The translations under genes were made by a program, and so were the position numbers. A DNA stretch of 64,000 bases. Origin: a bacterium (GTDB lineage: Bacteria; Electryoneota; Electryoneia; Electryoneales; Electryoneaceae). Position 1 is the stretch's first letter, and the number at the start of each line of letters is the position of its first letter. The notes beneath the pieces were generated by a model, which was not told the DNA's origin, searched no databases, and worked only from the letters and a program-made list of their open reading frames with translations. Of the stretch, positions 56,626 to 64,000 are shown piece after piece. Where the stretch lies: NCBI GenBank assembly GCA_043801585.1, contig JAZDLX010000007.1, forward strand, positions 64,001-128,000, given 5' to 3'.

Positions 56626-57534
56626 ATGAGTGAAAAACGCCTGATATCTGTTGTCGGGAAAGCCTGGCTTGAAGCTCAGGTGGACGCAGCTCTGCACGAA
56701 GATCTCGCAAAAGCGGGGGATATCACCAGCGCGGCGACCGTTCCGGAAACGCTTCAGGGTTTCGCCGAGCTGGTTGCGAAGGGCGATGGGATCCTCTGTG
56801 GGCTGGATTGGGCGATCACCTGTGGTGACCGGACTGACCCGCCTGTCACTTGGGAATTCCTTGTCAGCGATGGAGAATCCGTACATCCGGGTCAGGTACT
56901 GGCACGGATTTACGGTCCGATGCGCGGGGTCCTGATATCGGAACGCACAGCACTGAACGGTCTTGGCCATTTGTCGGGCATCGCCACGGCTGCGGCAAAG
57001 ACCATGGAGCTTGTAAAAGGGACCGACGCACAGGTGATCGACACCCGGAAAACCTTTCCTGGATGGAGGTTGGCGGAAAAATATGCGGTCCGATGCGGAG
57101 GTGCGGGGAACCACAGAATGGGGCTTTATGACGAAATCCTGATCAAGGAAAACCACATCGAGGCTGCGGGTGGGGTGAAAAACGCCGTGCTCGCTGCAAA
57201 AACGTGGCGTGAACAAGATGCGTCACGTTCCAACATCCCCATCGAGGTGGAGGTGCGCGATCTCGATGAATTTCGCGCAGCAGTGGAGACGGAGCCGGAT
57301 CGTATTCTTTTGGACAATTTCGCTCTCGATGTCATGCGTGAAGCGGTAAACTTGGCAAAAGGACACGTTACGCTGGAAGCGTCAGGTGGGATTACCATGC
57401 GGACGCTCGCCGAGGTGGCGGCGACTGGAGTAAACCGAATCTCGCTCGGTGCACTGACCCATTCGGTGGTGCCGCTGGATATTTCCCTGCTGGTACGCAA
57501 CACGACAAAGGACAAACCCTCAACCGGGACTTAA
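56626..57534 (+). CDS. nadC: Quinolinate phosphoribosyltransferase
   Basis: ERTALN, DTRKT, NHRMGL, IKENH, IEVEV, ILLDN, EASGG. Confidence 0.97.
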   Translation: MSEKRLISVVGKAWLEAQVDAALHEDLAKAGDITSAATVPETLQGFAELVAKGDGILCGLDWAITCGDRTDPPVTWEFLVSDGESVHPGQVLARIYGPMRGVLISERTALNGLGHLSGIATAAAKTMELVKGTDAQVIDTRKTFPGWRLAEKYAVRCGGAGNHRMGLYDEILIKENHIEAAGGVKNAVLAAKTWREQDASRSNIPIEVEVRDLDEFRAAVETEPDRILLDNFALDVMREAVNLAKGHVTLEASGGITMRTLAEVAATGVNRISLGALTHSVVPLDISLLVRNTTKDKPSTGT

Positions 57535-57536
57535 TT

Positions 57537-59255
57537 ATGAGTGACTCGAAATCCATCGGTCGATTTACCTTCGTTCTGCATTCCCATTTACCCTACGTCC
57601 TCAGCCACGGAAACTGGCCCCACGGCATGATCTGGTTGTCGGAGGCGGCGGCGGAGACCTACATCCCATTGTGGCGAGTGTTTAGAAAGCTGCACAAGGA
57701 GGGACGCAAGGTTGCAGTGACGATCGGATTCAGTCCGGTGCTGACGGAGCAGCTTTCTGACCCGGTGTTCGTTGAAGAATTCAAGAGATACCTGAAGCAG
57801 AAAAAAGACGCAGCATGGAAGGACAAGGAGCAGTTTGCCAGGGAGAAAAAGAAACACCTGGCTAAGCTGGCTGACTTCTGGCACGGTTGGTATGACAAGG
57901 TGGAGAAGGATTTCAACGGTCCCATCTCCCAGAACATCGTCGCGGCCTTCCGCAAACTTCAGGATGACGGCGCCATCGAAATCATCACCTGTGGGGCAAC
58001 CCATGGCTACCTCCCGTTGCTTGGAACGGACGAAGCGGTGAACGCTCAAGTCGCCCTCGCCGTTTCCAGCTACGAAAAGCATTTTGGACGCAAGCCGCGA
58101 GGTATCTGGCTCCCCGAATGCGCCTACAGGCCCGGCTATCATTGGGTAAATCCGACTCAGCCGAAGGACAAGGGCTTCGACCGGAGGGGCGTGGAGCAGT
58201 TCCTTCAGAAATACGGATTGCGTTATTTCATTGTCGACAGCCACCTGCTCGAGGGTGGAAAGGCGATGGGCACTTATCTGGCCCGGTTCGAGGGGTTGAA
58301 ACTACTCTGGGAGCGTTCCCAAATGTCCATCCGGGAGCACGAAACCGAGGTGGATGAAACGAAGGAGCCCTATCGCATTTACTGGGTCGATGGCACTGTC
58401 GGGAAGGATGAGCCGGTGGCTGTTCTGACCCGTGATCCGAAAACCAGCCTCCAGGTCTGGTCGGGCGAATGGGGATACCCAGGGGACGGCAGCTATCTGG
58501 ATTTTCACAAGAAGCATTTTCCCGGAGGGCACCGTTACTGGCGTGTGACACAGGCGAAGGCGGATCTCGGCGATAAGGAGGAATACTACGTCGAGAACGT
58601 AAGCGACCGCCAGGAAGAGAACGCAAACCATTTTGTCCATTTGCTTCATGACGTCCTCAAAAAGGCGAGTGCGGAACCTGCGGATCGCCTCGTGGTGAGT
58701 CCATTCGATACGGAACTGTTCGGTCACTGGTGGTTTGAAGGCCCCGGCTGGATGGAGCGGGTGCTGCGTCAGGTCGACAGTTCAGAGTACATCGAAGCGG
58801 CTCATGGCGGCGATCTGGTCACAGCAACGGACGAGGCGCCGGTGGTGGCGTTGCCGGAAGGGTCGTGGGGCGAGGGCGGGTTCCATTACGTCTGGTTGAA
58901 CGAAAAGACGGAGTGGTCGTGGCTGTTGATCTACGAATGCGAACGGCAAATGAGCGAACTGGCGCGCAAGTACAAGGGTGCGTCCGGAGAAATCCGTGAA
59001 ATTCTTCAGCAGCTTGGACGTGAATTGCTGCTGCTCGAATCGTCCGACTGGCAATTCCTGATCAGCACCATCGCCGCGGCGGATTACGCGGAACTTCGCA
59101 TTCGAGTTCACTACAACGATTTTCAGTTTATCCGTTCATATTTGGAGATTGTCGCATCCGGGGAGGAACCCATGTATGAGGACCGTGAACGGTTTGCGGC
59201 GATCTGCCAGCGTGATTCCCTGTTCATGGATCTTGATCCTTCTCTCTGGGCGTAG
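57537..59255 (+). CDS. GH57 1,4-alpha-glucan branching enzyme (DUF1957)
   Basis: LHSHLPYV, ETYIPL, WLPECAY, FDTELFGHWWFEG, ESSDWQF. Confidence 0.95.
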   Translation: MSDSKSIGRFTFVLHSHLPYVLSHGNWPHGMIWLSEAAAETYIPLWRVFRKLHKEGRKVAVTIGFSPVLTEQLSDPVFVEEFKRYLKQKKDAAWKDKEQFAREKKKHLAKLADFWHGWYDKVEKDFNGPISQNIVAAFRKLQDDGAIEIITCGATHGYLPLLGTDEAVNAQVALAVSSYEKHFGRKPRGIWLPECAYRPGYHWVNPTQPKDKGFDRRGVEQFLQKYGLRYFIVDSHLLEGGKAMGTYLARFEGLKLLWERSQMSIREHETEVDETKEPYRIYWVDGTVGKDEPVAVLTRDPKTSLQVWSGEWGYPGDGSYLDFHKKHFPGGHRYWRVTQAKADLGDKEEYYVENVSDRQEENANHFVHLLHDVLKKASAEPADRLVVSPFDTELFGHWWFEGPGWMERVLRQVDSSEYIEAAHGGDLVTATDEAPVVALPEGSWGEGGFHYVWLNEKTEWSWLLIYECERQMSELARKYKGASGEIREILQQLGRELLLLESSDWQFLISTIAAADYAELRIRVHYNDFQFIRSYLEIVASGEEPMYEDRERFAAICQRDSLFMDLDPSLWA

Positions 59256-59266
59256 GAGGTGCGTCG

Positions 59267-60292
59267 ATGGCGGAAATGAGGCATGATCCTCTGCACCGGC
59301 GTTGGGTTGTCATTGCGCCGGAACGGGCGCAACGGCCCACGGATTTCAAACCCCACGGCGAGGAGGCGAAGGGGGACGATCCATTTGCCGAGGGCAACGA
59401 GGATCTGACTCCTCCGGAAATCTTTGCGATCCGTAAACCGGGTTCAAAGAAAAATGGACCCGGCTGGACTGTTCGTGTCGTTCCCAACAAATACCCCGGT
59501 TTTCGTGTGGAGGGCGAGCTTGAGCGGTCAGGCGACGGACTCTACGACCGCATGAACGCCCTGGGAGCTCACGAGGTGATCATCGAGGGACCCCGCCGCG
59601 ACGAGGATATGACCCAGTTTACACCGGAACATCTCTTCGACCTCGGGTTGGTGTGGCGTGAACGGATGACCGACCTGATGCGGGACATCCGGCTTCGCTA
59701 TGTCCTGTTGTTCAAAAACCACGGACGCATCGCCGGGACGAGCCTCACGCATCCGCATTCCCAGGTGATTGCTACGACGATCACACCGAGGATGATTTCG
59801 CACAAACTCGAGGCGGCACGGGATCATTACAACACCCGCGAACGGTGTCTGATCTGCGACATGATTCAGCAGGAGCTGCGCGAGCGCAGCCGGATCGTGA
59901 CGGTCAACGACCGTTTCATCGCGTTCACTCCCTACGCCAGCCGTTTCGATTTTGAGGTCTGGGTGATGCCCCGATACCATCAGCACGATTTCCGGCAGAT
60001 TGGCGACGAGGATCTGAAAATCTTCATGATCACTCTGCAAGAGGTTTTGTTGCGGCTGCGAACGGCGCTGAACGACCCCCCGTGGAATTTCGTGTTGCAA
60101 AGCGCGCCGAACAGCGAGAGCGATATTCCCCGACCGACGCATTGGACCACCCTGAAATATGATTGGCACTGGCACGTTGAGATTACCCCGAGGCTGTCCG
60201 TCAGCCAGGGATTTGAATGGGTGACCGGTTTTTTTATCAACACCACGACACCGGAACAGGCAGCGGAAGTCCTGCGAGCCATCCGGTTGTAA
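59267..60292 (+). CDS. galT: GalT-family hexose-1-phosphate nucleotidyltransferase / ADP-glucose phosphorylase-like protein
   Basis: RAQRP, VVPNKYP, FKNHG..AG.SL.HPHSQ, HWHVEI.PR, GFE. Confidence 0.85.
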   Translation: MAEMRHDPLHRRWVVIAPERAQRPTDFKPHGEEAKGDDPFAEGNEDLTPPEIFAIRKPGSKKNGPGWTVRVVPNKYPGFRVEGELERSGDGLYDRMNALGAHEVIIEGPRRDEDMTQFTPEHLFDLGLVWRERMTDLMRDIRLRYVLLFKNHGRIAGTSLTHPHSQVIATTITPRMISHKLEAARDHYNTRERCLICDMIQQELRERSRIVTVNDRFIAFTPYASRFDFEVWVMPRYHQHDFRQIGDEDLKIFMITLQEVLLRLRTALNDPPWNFVLQSAPNSESDIPRPTHWTTLKYDWHWHVEITPRLSVSQGFEWVTGFFINTTTPEQAAEVLRAIRL

Positions 60293-60310
60293 AACCCTCA
60301 GGAGGCGCTC

Positions 60311-61267
60311 ATGGGAACGTCCCGCCCCGAGGCAAGCATTATTACGACTCACAAGGGTCCGCCAGGGATTATCGATGTCCTGCGGCTTTCACTCGAGGAA
60401 CAGTCCTTTCCATTCAAGCACTTCGAATGGGTTGTCGTCGATGACGGGAGCGAGGAGGGAGTGCCGGAGTGGTTTCAAACGTACGAGGGGCCGCTGACGA
60501 TTGTGCCGATCCAGAATATCCGGACGCTGGGTCGATCGACTTCCCGCAACCGCGCTGTTCAGGCGGCACGTGGGAAGATCCTCGTTTTCCTCGACAGTGA
60601 CATGACGGTCGTTCAGAACTGGCTCGCCTGCCTGGTGGAATCAGTGGAAAAATCGGGAGCCGTGGTCCTCGGTAAAGTGAACCCTCATTACACGCTTCCG
60701 AGGACAAAATTCGTCCAGTACATCCATTCCCGTGGCGCTCAGAAGCTGAAGGATCGGGAACGGTGTCCGGGACGCTATTTCTCGACGAACAATTCCGCGA
60801 TGCCGGCGGAGATCCTGCGGCGGTTCAGGGGCTTTGACGAAACCTTTATCGGATGGGGCGGGGAAGACCTCGAGATGGGGCTTCGGCTGGAACGCGGTGG
60901 GATCAAATTCAGCACCGATTTCCGGGCGAAAGCCTTTCACCGTCATCACCGCGAGTGGCATGTGATCGAAAAACAGTACATGGAATACGGCCGTCATGGC
61001 GTGCCGTATATCTATGATTTATATGGAGATCATGAAAATATTCTCGGTCTGGACAAATTGCAGTCGCCACTGGAGACGAGAAGTCTCGGTGGGGCGATCA
61101 GCCGTCTGATGGTCAGGATGTTCAATCATCAATGGGCGTATAAAATCGCGCGTTCCTTTGTTGTCCGGTGGCCTGAGGGTCCCTGGCCTGACCGGTTGTT
61201 TGACTTCCTGTTGTTTTATCTCTACTCTCGTGGCCTGGTGGAACGGAAAAAGGGAACGGTTCAGTGA
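60311..61267 (+). CDS. GT2 family glycosyltransferase
   Basis: VVDDGS, SRN, FLDSD, GFDETFIGWGGEDLE. Confidence 0.9.
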   Translation: MGTSRPEASIITTHKGPPGIIDVLRLSLEEQSFPFKHFEWVVVDDGSEEGVPEWFQTYEGPLTIVPIQNIRTLGRSTSRNRAVQAARGKILVFLDSDMTVVQNWLACLVESVEKSGAVVLGKVNPHYTLPRTKFVQYIHSRGAQKLKDRERCPGRYFSTNNSAMPAEILRRFRGFDETFIGWGGEDLEMGLRLERGGIKFSTDFRAKAFHRHHREWHVIEKQYMEYGRHGVPYIYDLYGDHENILGLDKLQSPLETRSLGGAISRLMVRMFNHQWAYKIARSFVVRWPEGPWPDRLFDFLLFYLYSRGLVERKKGTVQ

Positions 61268-62166
61268 GCTCTTCGGCGACGTTGATCGATGGCAAAGCAG
61301 TTTCGGACACGATCTTCAAAGAAATTCGAGAAGAAGTTGCCCGCAGGGCACAGCAGGGAAGACGGCCCGGTCTGGCGCTGATTCTCGTGGGCGATGACCC
61401 CGGCAGCCAGACCTACGTTGGAATGAAACACAGGCGGTGCGAGGAAACTGGCATCCTCTCGGTGATTGAACGGTTGCCCGCGGACACTTCGCAGAAAACC
61501 CTGCTCGCCAAGGTTCGCCAATTCAACAGTGATCCGAGATTTCACGGCCTGCTCGTCCAGTCACCCTTGCCGGAGGGATTGGATGATGATGAGGTCGTCA
61601 ATGAGATCGATCCGGAGAAAGACGTTGACGGTTTCCACCCGGTCAATGTCGGCCTGCTCGCCCTGAATCAACCCCGCTTTGTTGCCTGTACGCCTGTGGG
61701 AATCCTCGAGTTGTTGGACCGCTACGGTGTGGATCCTTCAGGCAAACATGCTGTCATCGTAGGCCGCAGTCATATCGTCGGAACGCCGATGGCTCTGCTG
61801 TTGATGCGCAAAGCCAAAGGCGGAAACTCCACAGTCACTGTCTGCCACAGCCGGACGGTGGATCTGGCAAGCTACACACGGCAGGCGGACATCCTGATCG
61901 CGGCTATCGGGAAACCGGAATTCATCAAGGGGGATATGGTAAAAGAAGGTGCGGTGGTGATCGACGTGGGGATGAACCGAGTGGAGGATGCCACGAAGAA
62001 AAAGGGGTACCGTCTCGTCGGGGATGTGGTGTTCGAAGAGGCGAAAAAACGGGCATCCCTGATCACGCCGGTGCCGGGTGGCGTCGGACCGATGACCGTT
62101 GCAATCCTGTTGCGCAATACCCTCGAAGCAGAGCAGAGGTCATATAAAGCGAACTCCTCTCGCTGA
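61264..62166 (+). CDS. folD: Methylenetetrahydrofolate dehydrogenase/cyclohydrolase
   Basis: YVGMK, KDVDGFHP, CTPVG, GRSHIVG, VIDVG, TPVPGGVGPMT. Confidence 0.98.
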   Translation: MSSSATLIDGKAVSDTIFKEIREEVARRAQQGRRPGLALILVGDDPGSQTYVGMKHRRCEETGILSVIERLPADTSQKTLLAKVRQFNSDPRFHGLLVQSPLPEGLDDDEVVNEIDPEKDVDGFHPVNVGLLALNQPRFVACTPVGILELLDRYGVDPSGKHAVIVGRSHIVGTPMALLLMRKAKGGNSTVTVCHSRTVDLASYTRQADILIAAIGKPEFIKGDMVKEGAVVIDVGMNRVEDATKKKGYRLVGDVVFEEAKKRASLITPVPGGVGPMTVAILLRNTLEAEQRSYKANSSR

Positions 62167-62178
62167 GAGGAGTTCGCT
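62148..62178. terminator. Perfect 14-bp inverted repeat spanning the folD stop, between convergent genes
   Basis: AGCGAACTCCTCTC-GCT-GAGAGGAGTTCGCT. Confidence 0.6.
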
Positions 62179-62264
62179 GTCTCACGTTCACCCTTTGCAT
62201 GAAGGGGGTCCGTCGTTCTATTGCGGCATTCGGGATGGAGCAGACGAGTGCTTCCCGTTCCGAA

Positions 62265-64000
62265 TCACCAGAGATTCATGTGGTTCGCCAGCCAATCCAC
62301 CAGTTGCTTGTCCTCAAGACCGCGTGTCTGACCCTCTGACACCCACTCGAGTGCATCCTCGTAGCTGACATCATCCGGCTGTACATGCACCCGGAAGCGG
62401 TCAAAACGGTCAACATCTTTCACCGCTTTCTTCATCTCTGACTTTTTCAGGTACAAGATGAATTTCGCTCCTGTCGAACGAATGCCATCGAGTTTCTGAT
62501 CGCTGGTCTTGTCGAACTGTTTCAAGTCGCAGATGAGGTAAAGCTGGGGTCCAACACTGGTGAGAAACGCAGGTGCTTCATCCCAGGCTTCGAGGGGGAA
62601 CTCGACCTGAACGGTTCCTGTTTTCAGCGCTTGCACCATTGTCTTCTGATCGGAGGTGATTGTATCGCCCTCGAGCCATTCCGGAGGATCCAAGATACAC
62701 ACCATGCCCAACCCTTCATCCGCCCATTCCAGCACCCTGGTGGTGTCGGACGGGGACAACTGATCGCCGTTGATACCGATGATGACCGTTCCGAGCGCTT
62801 CCCTCGCATGGCTCAAGACGTCTTTCAAATCTTTCCCCATGAGAATATCGTCTCGGTTTGAGACGGCTTTTTGTTGTTGAGCAAGTATCGTTATAAAAGC
62901 GGCATGATCGTTTGCTGAAACGGGGTAAGGGAATTCAAGCACCGTTCCCAGGAAACCTGACAGTGCACGTTTTTTTGCAGCGTCAAGATCGTTATCGATG
63001 GAAGACGATGCGTCCACCCGAACGAAAGAGGATCCCCGATGCCAGACAGTTCGCTGGGCCAGATGATGGTCCGCCAGCGGTTGTTCCACATTGGCGATTT
63101 CGTTGATCCAGGTTGATGTTGTCGTGATCGTTCCCGCAATGGCTTCGGGCTGAATGGTCTGAAAATTGTCATCCGGGCGGTGATAAAAGGGATGCTCGCC
63201 GGAGGACCAGATCGTGTAAGCGGGGATGCCGGCGTTGCGGAACGGTGCATGGTCGGAGGCTTCACCCCCCCAGGCACGTCTGGCGTTGTAGAGTTTTTTC
63301 AGGCTATCGGGCAATGTCGAGAACCAGGGCTCCCAGATTTCCCCGGTCAGGTCAAATCCGCCAAATCCAGTCAGACCATCGCCTCTCCCCACCATGTCAA
63401 GGTTCAACATGGTGACATAGGCGAAGTCCTTGGGAAGCTGCGGAACGAGTGCCCTGCTGCCGAGCAGACCCTGCTCCTCGCCGCCGAAATTGCAGAATAT
63501 GAGCGTTCGTTTCTGCGGATGAGCGGCATAAAAACGGGCCAGTTCCATCACAACCGAAGTGCCGGAGCCGTTGTCGTCCGCACCGGGATAGACCTGTCCG
63601 AGGGCGTTTTTTCCGATGTGATCGCCGTGACCTCCGACGATCACCGCTTCGTTCTTCAGTTTCGGGTCCGTTCCGGGGACGATGCCGGCAACGTCATACC
63701 CGATCGCGTTCTCGATTGGCTCGAAAAGAAAGTCAATGGACATTTCGCGGTCGAGATTGAAGGCACGCGGATGCTCCTTGATACTCTCCTGGTAGCTGTC
63801 CACGCTTTCCCCGCTGTCGAAAAGCAACAACCTCAACGTTGCATCACCGATATATCCGCTCGGGACCGTGGGGGAGTAGGCATCCGCATTGATCGCCGCG
63901 CCGTTCACAGGCCATTCCTCCTGGTGGAAGAAGACCGCCACCGCACCTCGCCGGATGGCTTCCCCGAGCAGATAGGATCGTTGGTTTTCTCCGCTCCAAT
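62265..64000 (-). CDS. M28 family peptidase with C-terminal degenerate M19-like TIM barrel (5' truncated by window edge)
   Basis: GGHGDH, GADDNGSG, GEEQGLLGS, NLDMVG, SDHAPF, YHRPDD. The frame stays open to the window end. Confidence 0.88.
   Translation of the reverse strand, partial: WSGENQRSYLLGEAIRRGAVAVFFHQEEWPVNGAAINADAYSPTVPSGYIGDATLRLLLFDSGESVDSYQESIKEHPRAFNLDREMSIDFLFEPIENAIGYDVAGIVPGTDPKLKNEAVIVGGHGDHIGKNALGQVYPGADDNGSGTSVVMELARFYAAHPQKRTLIFCNFGGEEQGLLGSRALVPQLPKDFAYVTMLNLDMVGRGDGLTGFGGFDLTGEIWEPWFSTLPDSLKKLYNARRAWGGEASDHAPFRNAGIPAYTIWSSGEHPFYHRPDDNFQTIQPEAIAGTITTTSTWINEIANVEQPLADHHLAQRTVWHRGSSFVRVDASSSIDNDLDAAKKRALSGFLGTVLEFPYPVSANDHAAFITILAQQQKAVSNRDDILMGKDLKDVLSHAREALGTVIIGINGDQLSPSDTTRVLEWADEGLGMVCILDPPEWLEGDTITSDQKTMVQALKTGTVQVEFPLEAWDEAPAFLTSVGPQLYLICDLKQFDKTSDQKLDGIRSTGAKFILYLKKSEMKKAVKDVDRFDRFRVHVQPDDVSYEDALEWVSEGQTRGLEDKQLVDWLANHMNLW

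Overview
Gene-dense, mostly + strand stretch of core chromosome from a diderm (Gram-negative) bacterium. The lpxC-fabZ fusion, the TPR-DUF4292 pair and the yggS-divIVA-dksA-lspA order suggest an FCB-group lineage (inference). In order, the window holds: an outer-membrane/lipid A cluster (partial tamB-like, bamA, skp, lpxD, lpxC-fabZ, lpxA); rseP with TPR/LolB-like lipoproteins and four glycosyltransferases; a PBP1A/SPOR cell-wall cluster that runs into pfkB, an orphan DNA methyltransferase, a large M1 peptidase and mpl; a selenocysteine tRNA (selC); yggS-divIVA, a structured leader, dksA-lspA, a TPM/nucleotidyltransferase-like/LemA module, DUF62, pgi, a Crp-like protein, purF, a CDP-alcohol phosphatidyltransferase and cysS; an ECF-promoter-driven DUF4097/toast-rack pair; a minus-strand MarR-TolC-MFP-RND efflux operon; LOG-family, mltG, uvrD/pcrA, a large TPR protein, nadC, GH57, galT-like, GT2, folD; and a partial M28 peptidase. 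No CRISPR array, rRNA, transposase or integrase was seen. The most interesting signals are non-coding. A promoter-driven two-hairpin RNA candidate with a C6 loop lies at about 42625-42742. A T-box-like structured leader with an Ile (AUC) specifier-like codon sits in front of dksA, where ileS often lies in related genomes. All calls are by eye, without database searches or folding software.
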